Origin: Phycisphaerae bacterium | GTDB taxonomy: Bacteria > Planctomycetota > Phycisphaerae > UBA1845 | DNA: 64,000 bases | Assembly: GCA_963666835.2 (NCBI GenBank) | Contig: CAXXGO010000005.1 | Coordinates: 244,222-308,221 of the forward strand | Direction of reading: 5' to 3' | Part shown: positions 1 through 11,200 of the stretch, piece by piece | Layout of the letters: every line of letters starts with the position of its first letter | Numbering within the stretch: the first letter of the stretch is position 1 | Made by a program: the position numbers and the translations under genes | The notes under the pieces: generated by a model | Databases searched by the model: none | Told to the model about the DNA's origin: nothing | Seen by the model: the letters and a program-made list of their open reading frames with translations, nothing else

Positions 1-1121
1 CCGCTGTTATCGCAGTCCGGCTCGCACTCGTCGGGGATCTCATTGCTGTTGCAGTCAGGGCTATACCCGTAGGCGACATCGCAGATGTCCTGCCGGCCGT
101 TGCTGTTGCAGTCGTCCTGCGGGTCACATTCGTCCGGCACGTTGTTGTCGTTGCAGTCGAAACTGGTTCCGCCGGCGATGTCTTCGAGGTCCCAAATGCC
201 GTTGTCGTTGCAGTCTTGGGGGTAGTTCACATATGCGGCCGCGGAGCCGACGCGCGAGCAGCCGTACTCGATCAACATGTAGCCGTCTTCACCCCACCAA
301 GGGCCCCAGGAATTACGCAAAATCCACACCCCTTCGGTTCCCTGCGTGTCATCCCACCCGACCAGTACGACCATATGGTTTGTCTCGTGGGCTTCGCACG
401 CGTTGAATACCCCGCCGCCGTAGGCCGAGAAAGGCCCGTTCACGTACACTCCAACGGTTACCGGACCGTGGTCCAGAATCGCTTGTTTGAGCTGGTTGGT
501 GCTCGGCATGTCGCCTTGCGAGGCGACGTACGCCCAGGACTCAATCCAATAAGGGCGCGAGTAGGGGCAATCGCACGCCGCGTGGTTGGCTTCGTAGGGA
601 AACTCCGTCTCCAGGACGGCGCCGTGGTCGCTACATTGATCGGGTGAGCCGTCACGCATAAGATATCCGAATGCCAGCGAGTGCCAGCCGCCGTCACAGT
701 CTCCGGCCGCCGTGCAACTGATCAGCCACTGCTCGGCCAGATCCTCGCTGACCCCCTCGTTACGCAATATTGCGCTCTCGACGGCCCCGATAGCGCCGAA
801 TGCCCAACAACTACCGCAGCCGCCCTGGTTGCGCACCGGAGTGCAGGCGTTGTAGTCACGCCAATCGAAAGCCTCGGGAAGATCTCGCTGCGGGGTACAG
901 GGGTCGGCAATGCCTTCGGATCGCCAATCCGCCGGCTCGACCGCGCCGCACAGCTCACTGATTGGCCGAGTCGCCGCTTCCGTGAGTTCAACGGAGAACG
1001 TCCATCCTTCGGCCTCGCCCTGAGCCCGAAGCGCGGCGATGTCTTCAGCGGAAAGCTGTCCGAGCGCCGACCCGCAGGCCAGGGTCAGCACGATTAGAGT
1101 GGTTACGGTGTTGAACTTCAT
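1..1121 (-). CDS. Secreted papain-family (C1A) cysteine protease with DCNxNG Cys/Asp repeats, 3' end beyond window
   Basis: Manual translation (absent from ORF track because truncated): signal peptide MKFNTVTTLIVLTLACG, FDWRD, catalytic QGGCGSCWAF, NHMVVLVGW, RNSWGPWWGEDGY, then DCNDNG repeats; AGGAGG RBS upstream. Confidence 0.93.
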   Translation of the reverse strand, partial: MKFNTVTTLIVLTLACGSALGQLSAEDIAALRAQGEAEGWTFSVELTEAATRPISELCGAVEPADWRSEGIADPCTPQRDLPEAFDWRDYNACTPVRNQGGCGSCWAFGAIGAVESAILRNEGVSEDLAEQWLISCTAAGDCDGGWHSLAFGYLMRDGSPDQCSDHGAVLETEFPYEANHAACDCPYSRPYWIESWAYVASQGDMPSTNQLKQAILDHGPVTVGVYVNGPFSAYGGGVFNACEAHETNHMVVLVGWDDTQGTEGVWILRNSWGPWWGEDGYMLIEYGCSRVGSAAAYVNYPQDCNDNGIWDLEDIAGGTSFDCNDNNVPDECDPQDDCNSNGRQDICDVAYGYSPDCNSNEIPDECEPDCDNS

Positions 1122-1284
1122 TTCCCTTCCTCCTGTCGGCCGCGAGCGACCTTGGAATTCCGCCGAGGCTGGCGCTACTTCCGATAGGCTGACTATGATA
1201 ACATCTCCTCGTGGGCTTCTCAACGGTCCGTTATCATGTTGGATTGCGCGTTCTGAGGGCCGGCAATAGGCCCGAGCCGGTTGA

Positions 1285-1812
1285 TTGGAGGTGGAAATGT
1301 CATCGTCACAGACTTCGACAACTCGTCGTCGCAAAAGTGTGTCCAGCTTTGCGGACTCTGTTCGTTACGCACACGAGGCGGGGCAGCCACGGAGTGTCTC
1401 GAGAATCCGGAACCGGTTTGCCTTCTTTGGTATCGCGTTGCTGCTCGTAGCTGTGGGAGGGCCGTGGGCGTATTTCTACTGGTTTACGTCCTGGTCCGTC
1501 TCTTCCTTCTTTGTATGCCTCGCTTGTACCGTCGTAGCGACGTGGGCTCTCCCTGCGGGAGTGAGGGTTTGCCAAGCGTATGTTGAGTCCAGGATGAGGA
1601 GAGACGTATCCGGCAAGGACAACGCCGCGTGTTTCGAGTGCGGCTACTGGCTTACCGAGCCGAGCGGGCGGTGTTCCGAGTGCGGTTGGCCGTACGAGAG
1701 CCTTGACGACGTCGTGGAGTTCTGGAAGCACTGGCAGCCGTGTTCTTACTTCGGAGGCAAAGGGAAACGCAAGAGCACCGTCGCTGCCAATTCGAACGAC
1801 TCGCCGTCGTAG
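1285..1812 (+). CDS. Membrane protein with two TM helices and C-terminal zinc ribbon
   Basis: Hydrophobic segments followed by CFECGY...CSECG. Confidence 0.7.
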   Translation: MEVEMSSSQTSTTRRRKSVSSFADSVRYAHEAGQPRSVSRIRNRFAFFGIALLLVAVGGPWAYFYWFTSWSVSSFFVCLACTVVATWALPAGVRVCQAYVESRMRRDVSGKDNAACFECGYWLTEPSGRCSECGWPYESLDDVVEFWKHWQPCSYFGGKGKRKSTVAANSNDSPS

Positions 1813-1958
1813 GAATCCGCTGAAGAACGCAGGATCTGCCGCAACTGTGTAGCGTCGCCCGTCGTGGGTGGTGATGGAGGCTGCCTATACTGCGCGACGG
1901 GCGGCGCTACATTATTTTAACAGACCCGGCCGGGTTGCCCGGGTCTTCTTGAGTAAGC

Positions 1959-2409
1959 AGGGTCCGCTGTGCGGACCAGTTCGCTTCGCCAGCCGAACGC
2001 TGTTGTTCAACCCGCTTCGGGGTTGGGACAGTAGGGAGCCCCGTGCCCCAGGGTGGCACTTCGCGGCTACGCCGCTTCGTTTACCCTGGGCTTTGCTGTT
2101 GGACGCCTTCGGCGTGCGTTCAATCTTGTAGGGCACGGTCGAGGTACGAGACCTGCCACCAAGACGCGCGTCGCGCAGAGGTCGCGGCAGGTCTCGTGCC
2201 TCGACCATGCCCTACGGGGGATGCCGGCTGGGTGGCCAACTTGTTGGCCGTGGGGCTCGGCATGCCGGGGGCATTGGGCGGGTCGCTCACGCTCCCCGTA
2301 CTGATTACGCTGCCCTACGATGGTTGCGACTCGCTCGTGACGGATGGCGCCGGCCAAGCGGTGACGCAAGAGAGGTCGCGGCAGGTCTCGTTCCTCGACC
2401 ATGCCCTAC
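1959..2409 (+). repeat. ~450-bp composite repeat, copy 1 (mosaic of palindromic elements)
   Basis: Near-identical to 4623-5074; ORF track shows matching spurious peptides in both copies. Confidence 0.92.
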
Positions 2410-2973
2410 AGACCTGCCACCAAGGCGCGCATCGCGCAAAGGTCGCGGCAGGTCTCGTACCTCGACCGTGTCGTAAGTGAAGCCCCTTGGGGCGACAGGT
2501 CCTATAGCCCCACGGCGTAAGCCTGGGGGATTGTGCGGTTGCTTCACGCCAAGCCCCCATGGGGGCGGCACAAGACATCGAGGTTTAGATCGGACACCGG
2601 TGATTCAACATCATAAGGGGAGCACGTTGGCGACCGCCGGGACGTCTTCGATCATCGAAGTGCCGCCCCTGGCGGGTTGGTCCCGCGAGACACGCTGGTG
2701 TCACATATTCGTGCGACTCGAGCCATTGCGGCCTTGATGGCAGGTCTCGTTCCTCGACCGTGCCCTACACCCGCTGCTCGAGAACGGTGCCACACCCGAG
2801 AGATTGGCCCGGATTGTTCAGCCGAGCGGATTAGAGTCCGTGAGTCAATGTGGCGCCAGGGCTTGTCCCTGGCGTGGAAGCGCGCTGGGTTTCCTGTAAC
2901 GCCACCCACGAGGGGTGGTGCTACGGGAGATGCCACCCTTCGCGGCAGGTCTCGTGCCTCGACCATGCCCTAC
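2128..2973. repeat. Cluster of GTAG-type REP-like elements (GTAGGGCA[C/T]GGTCGAGG[N]ACGAGACCTGCC)
   Basis: Copies at 2128(+), 2181-2215(-), 2376-2409(-), ~2442(-, degenerate), 2739-2768(-), 2941-2973(-); first two form an inverted pair. Confidence 0.88.
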
Positions 2974-3062
2974 GGCTGCAAGAAACGAGAGAGGGCGTAA
3001 GAGACCCAGGTCGCGGCATGCGCCCGGGGCTCCACGGCAACCGAAGAACAAACGGTTAAGAG

Positions 3063-4181
3063 CTAATGCGACTCCAACACCAAACGGAACCCGTAGCGTT
3101 TAGTCAAATAACTGGGACCCACGCCGTGTCGGAAGGCCGACCGGCATGCGTTCGCGGAATCATTCCAGCTCCCGCCGCGAAGAGCTCGAGTCTCTCCACT
3201 TGCTGGGCCGCGCGGGTTGACGTAGGGGGAAACCTCATAATACGAGGCGTCGTACCAGTCATTGCACCAGTCCCAGACGTTCCCCCCCATGTCGCGCAGC
3301 CCGTAGCCATTCGCCGGAAAGAAGTCCACCGGATTAGTGTAAGCATACGGTTCTATATCGAAGTCGGGGTGAAAGGTGCCGAGACCCGCACCGCTGTCGT
3401 CGTAGGGATAGCAATCCCCGCACGCCACGTAGTTCGCGTGACTATGGTTGATCAGGTCGCCCCACGGGAAACGCTGTTCTTCTTCGCCGCCTCGGGCAGC
3501 CTTTTCCCATTCCGCCTCGGTCGGCAGCCGGTAACCGCTGCCCAAACTGCACTCCCACGTCGACGAATCGTAAGCCAAGGGCTTCCCCTCCATCCCACTG
3601 CGCCAGTTCGCATACGCCGCGGCACCGTACCACGTCACCAATACCATGGGGTGATCCTCCCTACCGGAAACCACGCCGAACGTGCTGCCGTCCCAGGTAA
3701 TCTGAATGTACGGATGATCCACGGCCGCGGCGCAGCAATGGTAGCTGGTCCCACTGCCTCCCGTGTAGACCTTTTGACCAATGACAGCGATGAGATTGCC
3801 TTGGTCCTTGGCCCAATTCAAAGCGTAGGCATATTGTTGATTGGTCACCTCGCACCTGTCCATGTAGAAGGCGTCGACGTACACCGAATGAACTGGCAGC
3901 TCCTCAGGTCTTGCTTCCTCAAACATGCTACCCATCTCGAACTCCCCGGCAGGGATAAGAGCCATGCCGACCGGGGGAGCGTCATAGGCCAATTGGAACC
4001 GGGCAAAGTCGGCGAGATCGACATCTGCGTCGCCGTCCATTTGGAACAGGGCGCAGCCCGGACCCAGGTCTCCGCCCGGCCCGGTCATGCACTCCGGAAA
4101 CCCCGAAAACCGCAACTGGCCGAAAACGGAGCTGGCAAACAACAGGACCAACAACATCGAGATCATGGGGCCGTTGCGCAT
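3063..4181 (-). CDS. Secreted FGE/SUMF1-domain (C-type lectin fold) protein with N-terminal dockerin-like motif
   Basis: Signal peptide; DGDADVDLADFARFQ; IPAGEFEMGS, EVTN, RLPTEAEWEKAARGG, GLRDMGGNVWDW, RGGSW, GFRL. Confidence 0.92.
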   Translation of the reverse strand: MRNGPMISMLLVLLFASSVFGQLRFSGFPECMTGPGGDLGPGCALFQMDGDADVDLADFARFQLAYDAPPVGMALIPAGEFEMGSMFEEARPEELPVHSVYVDAFYMDRCEVTNQQYAYALNWAKDQGNLIAVIGQKVYTGGSGTSYHCCAAAVDHPYIQITWDGSTFGVVSGREDHPMVLVTWYGAAAYANWRSGMEGKPLAYDSSTWECSLGSGYRLPTEAEWEKAARGGEEEQRFPWGDLINHSHANYVACGDCYPYDDSGAGLGTFHPDFDIEPYAYTNPVDFFPANGYGLRDMGGNVWDWCNDWYDASYYEVSPYVNPRGPASGETRALRGGSWNDSANACRSAFRHGVGPSYLTKRYGFRLVLESH

Positions 4182-4622
4182 GAGATCTGCTCCTTACTCC
4201 GGATTCAGTACATGACGGTTCTGTGTCCAGGTCCCGGGTGAGTACGGCGACCAGAAAAACCCGCGAGCGGCATAGCCTGCGCGGCGTGTCTCTTGCGTTC
4301 ACAAGGGCGGATTCCAGGCATGCCGTGGTTCCCCGTATTCCACATCACTTATGTTACCGGAACGAACGTAGAAAGTCAAGGAATTCCATTGAGGACGCAT
4401 CGCGTAACTGGGGTCCGCTGTGCGGATCGACTCTTGTAGGGCAGCGTCGAGGAACGAGACCTGCCGCGCTTGTCGACCGTCGATCATTGGATCAGTACCA
4501 CGACCGTCAGGGAGTGGCCATCGTTCGGCGGCGCGTCGCAACGGATCGGCCAAGGGCGGGTCGCTCACGCTCGCCGTACTGATGGCCGCGGCTCATCGGC
4601 TCCTTTTTCAGGCTGAAAGTCG

Positions 4623-5172
4623 AGGGTCCGCTGTGCGGACCAGTTTACTTCGCCAGCAGAACGCTGTTGTTCAACCCGCTTCGGGGTTGGGACAGTAGGG
4701 AGCCCCGTGCCCCAGGGTGGCACTTCGCGGCTACGCCGCTTCGTTTACCCTGGGCTTTGCTGTTGGACGCCTTCGGCGTGCGTTCGATCTTGTAGGGCAC
4801 GGTCGAGGTACGAGACCTGCCACCAAGACGCGCGTCGCGCAGAGGTCGCGGCAGGTCTCGTGCCTCGACCATGCCCTACGGGGGATGCCGGCTGGGTGGC
4901 CAACTTGTTGGCCCGTGGAGCTCGGCGCGCCGGGGGCATTGGGCGGGTCGCTCACGCTCCCCGTACTGATTACGCTGCCCTACAATGGTTGCGACTCGCT
5001 CGTGACGGATGGCGCCGGCCAAGCGGTGGCGTAAGATAGGTCGCGGCAGGTCTCGTGCCTCGACCATGCCCTACGGGGGATGCCGGCTGGGTGGCCAACT
5101 TGTTGGCCCGTGGAGATCGGCACGCCGCAGGCATAGGGCGGGTCGCTTACGCTTGCCGTACTGATTACGCTG
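4623..5172 (+). repeat. ~450-bp composite repeat, copy 2 (4623-5074), plus partial third unit to ~5172
   Basis: Direct repeat of 1959-2409; REP copies at 4792, 4846-4879, 5040-5074; a further REP at 4436. Confidence 0.92.
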
Positions 5173-5205
5173 ACCTTCTTGTGGGGCAATCGGACAAGGC
5201 TGGTC

Positions 5206-8200
5206 TTACGGGAGCAATTCGCCCAGCCAGGGGTCAAGCTGTCCGGCGCCGTTGAGAAGGTCGATCTCGCGGAGAATGTCGGATGCGGTGGCCGTGCCGC
5301 TTCTGTTGAGGTCTGTCGACCAGAGGGGTAGATCCGTCGTACCGGTCACAGAATCGATGAGAGCTTGAAGGTCGCTCATGTCGGTGGTGCCGTCTCCGTC
5401 AACGTCTCCCGGCAGATAGCCGAGTGCAATCCGACTGCCGTTACAGGTGTACGAGATGGTTGTTCGCGTGCCTGGATCCAGGGGCCGTCTGAGCACCACC
5501 TCCACGTGTTCGTCATCCGCAACGGTAACCGAACGGATCTGCGGGGTAGGACCGGATCCGCCGGTCGCCGCGACGGAAAAATCCGCCGCGGTCAAGCCCG
5601 TGGCACCGCCGTCGAAGACCAGATTAACAATCTGCCATCCGCAGGACGCTCCCCCGGCAGGGTCGAACGGCTGGCGGGCGTCGATGGCGCCGGTGGGCGG
5701 GTCGCTGCCGACGATGATGCGGGCGTACGGGTCACATTCGTCAGGTACTCGATTCCCGTTACAGTCGTTGCTGGTGGCGCCGGTAATGTCCAACCAATCA
5801 GGCACGGTGTTGTAGTTGCAGTCGGCGAATGCGCTAGCCTCGTAAGCACCGAGGTCGGCGGTTCCGAACAGGACTCGCGATGCTCCGGCTAGATCGGTTT
5901 CGCCGTCCAGCGGCGAAAAAGCCGGATCGCCCGCATTGATGCACCGCGAGATTTCGGCTAGCCGGAAGTCACCATGGTCTGCGTCAGTAAAACCGGGGTC
6001 GATGGCCAGGTTTCCGGTTGTCTGTGAGAAAGCGCTGTGGATCAGACCGGCGCCGGCGGTACCTCGCTGGATGTCGCTGTACGTGATTGCCATCGCCGAG
6101 TTTGATCGCAAGTCGATCTCGGTGCCGGTGAGAGCGGTATTACTCCAGAGAATGCACATGCTGACTGCCGGCCGGCCGGCAGTGGCGTGAAGCGCGCCGC
6201 CGCAAAAAGACGCGGTGTTGCCGACGATCGTGCAATGACGAATAACCGGGTCGCTGTACGAGCTGGAGATTCCGCCTCCGGCAACACCCTGGTTACCGGT
6301 GATCAAACAGCCCACGATACGCGGACTGCTCCCGTTGCGGCAGGTGATTCCGGCGCTGTGGTTCCCCGTGATGATGCAATTGCGGATGGTCGGCCCGCTG
6401 TTGTCACATTCGATCCCCCGGCTGTTCGTGATCGTGAACCCGTAGATCTGCGATTCGAGCCCTTCTCCGTTCTGGAAAACGAACGCGGGTTGGCTACCGC
6501 CGCCGTCGATGATGCAGGCGGCCGGGCCGTTCGCGCTACGCACGGTCAAGTTCTTCCCTGCGAAGTCCAACGCGACGTTGCCGAACCTGGTATAGACTCC
6601 GTCGGCCACTTCAACGACGTCACCGGGCAGAGCGGCGTCGATGGCCTGCTGAATAGTCGTGAAGTCGGCGGGTACGTGCCGCACGGCCTGGCACTCGTCC
6701 GGCACGCCGTTGTCCTCGAGGTCGACGCTGGTAGCGCCGGCGATATCGCAACTGTCGGCTACGCCGTTTCCGTTGCAGTCCGATTCGCACTCGTCGGGCG
6801 TGCCATTGCCGGTGCAGTCGAGACTGGTGCCGGCCGCGATGTCGCATTTGTCGGGGACGCCGTTGTCGTTGCAGTCGGGTGCGATTCCGTCGGCGATTTC
6901 GCACTCATCGGCCAGGCCGTTACCGTCGCAATCCTCGCATTCATCGGGGATGCCGTTATCGTTGCAGTCCCGGCCGGCCGCGGCGGCAATATCGCAACTA
7001 TCGGCGATGCCGTTGTGATTGCAGTCCGGTTCGCACTCGTCTGGAACGCCATTGTGCGTGCAATCCTCACTAGCGCCGCCCTTGGCCACGTCGCAGTCGT
7101 CGGGGATGTTGTTTCCATTGCAGTCCGGGCTTTGGCCCAAGCTCAAGTCGCAATCGTCGCGAATCCCGTTCTTGTTGCAGTCCGGACCGCCGGTGCAGCC
7201 GGATGGAAGAACGCTGATCGTGAGTGGATGAAGCTGCAACGACCCGATCGGCTCGGAGTTGTCATCGAGCAAGACGGTCTGTCCGTCGCTGCAATCGAAC
7301 CCGACGACGAACGCCCCCGCGGCGCCCTGCGATACCTCGAGGATGAGCGTTCCGCCGTAGGACGGTGTTTCGGCCTCGACTACCGACTGATGGATACCGA
7401 TCGCGCTGTATTCGTAGTCTGGCCGGCCACGCAGGACCGTGGCGATGCTGGGTGAGTGGCGGAAGGGGTAGGCCGCTCTGTAGCGATCGATGTAAGCTCC
7501 GGCGGTCGCATGCGGAGTGGTAGACGGAGTCAATACGCCAATCGCCGCGCTTGTGAATCCGGCGGCATCTACGGTTGCACGGTAGGATCTCAATGCGTCG
7601 GGCGTCCAGCCTTCGAGGTGAATTTCGCAGTTAACCGTATCGCCGGGTTCGACGATAACGCGGTCGACCGGTCCTTGGGGCAGGGCGGTTGAGTTCACCG
7701 CAGCGGCTCGAAGGGAAATCGCCGCACCGCAGCCGGGTATGGGGAGCCCCGCGCAGCCGCCGTTTGCACACTCATCATCGGCCGTGCATCGGTTGTCGTC
7801 GTCGCACGAGCCCGATCGTAACGCGTATTGACAGACGCCGTTTTCGCAGGTGTTCACCGTACACGAGTTTCCGTCGGCGCAATCGGAGTCCGTCAGGCAT
7901 TCGACGCATTCATCAAGCTGTTCGTCACATCGCATCTCGATGCACGGGGCGGTCCCCTCTACGCACGTGCCGCCCGAGCAGGTCTCCTGCCCGTTGCAGA
8001 ACAGGCCGTCGTCGCAGTTTAGGTCGGCGCAGGGGTCGCATTCGTCGGGAACGCCGTCGCCGTTTAAGTCTGCGCTGGTTCCGGCGTTAACGTCGCACTC
8101 GTCGGCGAATCCGTTACCGTTGCAGTCTTCACATTCATCGGGAATCCAATTCCCGTTACAGTCTCCGCTGTTACCTTCAGTTATGTCGCATTCATCTGCG

Positions 8201-11200
8201 ATTCCGTTTGTGTTGCAGTCCTCGCATTCATCCGGCAGTCCGTTGGCGTTGCAGTCGTCGCTGATGCCAGGCCCCGGTGGACCGGGCGCATCGTCTGCAA
8301 CATCGCATTCATCTGCCCAGCCGTTTCCATTACAGTCCTCGCAGTCGTCTGCGATTCCATTATTGTTGCAGTCGTTGGCGGCGCCCGTGACAAGATCGCA
8401 TTCGTCGGGAATGCCGTTTTCGTTACAGTCCGACGATCCCCATCCGGCGACATCGCATTCGTCGGGGATCTCGTTGCTGTTGCAGTCGACGCTCACCCCG
8501 GAAACAACATCACATTCGTCCGGGATTAAGTTGACGTTGCAGTCGTAGCTGATTCCCGCGGTCAGGTCGCAAATGTCTGCAAAACCGTTGCCGTTGCAGT
8601 CTTCGCATTCATCCGGAACGCCGTTCTCGTCGCAATCCACGCTGATCCCCGCGGCCAGGTCGCATTCATCGGCAATACCGTTTTCGTTGCAGTCCGGTTC
8701 GCAATCGTCCGGGACACCGTTGTGGTTGCAGTCGGCGGCGAAGGCCAAATCACACGCATCAGGTACACCGTTTCCGTTGCAGTCCTTCGCCAAGCCGACC
8801 GCGATGTCGCAAGTGTCCGCGATTCCATTCTCATCGCAGTCCGTGCCGCGCGTGCAGCCGGGTATCGGTACGTGGATCGTGAGCGGTTCCAGTATGAAAT
8901 GGTCAACAAAACCTTCCGGGTCGAGATGCAATTGGGGCTTCCCATCACCGCCCGGCACAAGATCGACGGTGAAGTCGCCAAGGGCGTCATCCGACACATT
9001 CAATACTAGCGTGCCGCAATACACGGGATAGTCGGGCTCCAGGACTGAGGCGTACATGGGAACGGCACCATAGGTGTAATCCGGTGGCTCGGTCGAGACC
9101 GCGGTGATGGTGGCCATTCCGAAGAACGCGAAGTCCTCCCTTTGCTGGTTGATGAACGCGCCGCTGCTCGGGGTTGGGTCGGTCTGCGGAGCAAGCGACC
9201 CGCGCGGACCGCTATCGAAGCCGGCGGAATCGATCGACGCTTCGTACATGTCCAACTTCCGCTGTCCCCAGTTCCGCAGGTACAGCTCGGTGGTGACGGT
9301 ATCACCGGCACGGACTTCGATCTCTGAAGCCGGGCCGTCGGGCAAGGGGATGCCGTTTACCGCCGCGGCCATAAGAGAGAAGACCGGAGCGCAGTTTGCG
9401 ATTAACACATTCCGGCAGAGTCCGTGGTCACACTGATGATCTGTGCAAGGGTTACCATCCTCGCAGTCTTCCGGCGACCGACATTCGATACATCGGTTGG
9501 TGAGTTCATCGCAAACTCTCCCTGGACATGGATTCGTCCCGGCCAGGCAGAGGTTGTCGATACACTCTTCAACTCCGTTGCAGAACCAGCCGTCGTCGCA
9601 CTCAGCCTGACTGTCGCAGAACTCGCACACATCCACAACGCCATTGCCGTTGGTATCCTCGGCGGAGCCGTCTAGTATCTCGCAGGCGTCGGGAGACTCG
9701 TTTGAGTTACAGTCGGCAAAGAACGGGGACTCGCTCGCTCCGAGGTCTACGCGACAATGCTGCACCCGCGGTTCTCCGTCGAGGTCGGTGGCGGTGGCGG
9801 AGAAGAAGGCCGGGTCGCCGGCGTCGATGCAGGGGGAGTTGTCGGTCAGGTGGTAATCGCCGCCGGCGATGAAGGCGGGGTCGGCGTCGAGGTTGCCCGT
9901 GCCCACCCAGCCGCCTTCCACGTCACTGTACGAAACGGTCGGCTCTCCGAAGATCTGGTCCGGGCCGGTCTCGCCGAGGTTGCCCCATAGAATACTGCTG
10001 GTCACCGTCGGGATCGCGTCGTTGCAGTGCAACGCTCCGCCGCGGTAGCCGTCGGCGAGGTTGTCCACGATAGTGCAGTTGCGAATCAACGCGTTGCTCA
10101 GATAGCACGCGATTCCGCCGCCGAGGAACGACTGGTTACCCGAAATCACGCTGTCGGTGATGGCGGCCGGGCTGTTCTCGAAACAGTAGACCCCGCCGCC
10201 CGAGTTGGTCGTCTCGTTCCCGGTAATCGTACACCGGTCGATCGCCGGGCTGCTCCGCTCACAATAAATCCCACCGCCGCCGTATTCCACGAGAATCGTC
10301 GGCGCGATCGAGTTATCCTGCAACACGCAACGCCTTATCGTCGGATTGCTGTCCACGCAGTAGATCGCCCCGCCGCGATACGAGCCGAAGGTGCTGCCCA
10401 CTGCGGCCGTGCCGTTGCGGATCGTCAAACCGTCCAGGACCGCCGATCTGGTTTCATGACTGTGGAAGAAGAAACCCCGACCTGCGCCCTGTGGATCGAT
10501 GACCGTACCGGCCACGACTGCCGCGTTCGCCGGGTCGGTGCTCTGTAGGGTGATCAGCCGACCGCCGAAGTCCAGGTCCCGGTTATGGCGGCCTTGATAG
10601 ACGCCCTCGGCGACGATTACGCGATTACCCGAGATGGCCGCGTTGATCGCCGGTTGGATGGCGCAGAACGGGTCCTCGATTGTACCGGTCCCCGGACCTG
10701 AGCAGTTCGCATCAACATACAGTATGCGCTCGCGGTCCTCACAAACGTCGGGAACGCTGTTGTGGTTGAAGTCCTCGGTAAGACCCTCCGCAGTCTCGCA
10801 GGCATCCCACTCTCCGTTGTCGTTGCAGTCGGCGGATGTGTCCTGACAGATGTCGGGCACTCCGTCAGCGTTACAGTCTGCGACGGTCCCGGATTCAATA
10901 TCGCAGCTATCCGCAACGTTGTTCGAGTTGCAGTCCGGTTCGCAGTCGTCCGGGACGCCGTTGTAGTTGCAGTCGGCCACCAGAAGGTCGATTACGTCGC
11001 AGTCGTCGGGAATCCCGTTACCGTTGCAGTCCGGTTCGCAGGCGTCGACCAGATCATTACCGTTGCAGTCGCCGGCCAAACCAGACTCGATGTCGCAGCT
11101 ATCGGGGATGCCGTTGCCGTCGCAGTCGATCTCGCAAACGTCCAGCAGGCCGTTCCCGGAGCAATCCAGGTCCGGATTCGCGGTGATCTCGGCGTCGTCC

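Noticed and set aside
1868..3060. Short ORFs in the repeat regions (also 4200-5250)
   Set aside because: Translations of REP mosaics recurring in several frames; no protein features
3063..3200. FGE/C-lectin C terminus as a diversity-generating retroelement variable region
   Set aside because: Fold is compatible, but no template repeat or reverse transcriptase was seen in the window; a remote DGR cannot be excluded
1900..5200. Repeats as a CRISPR array
   Set aside because: Irregular spacing, mixed orientation, repeated intervening sequence, no cas genes
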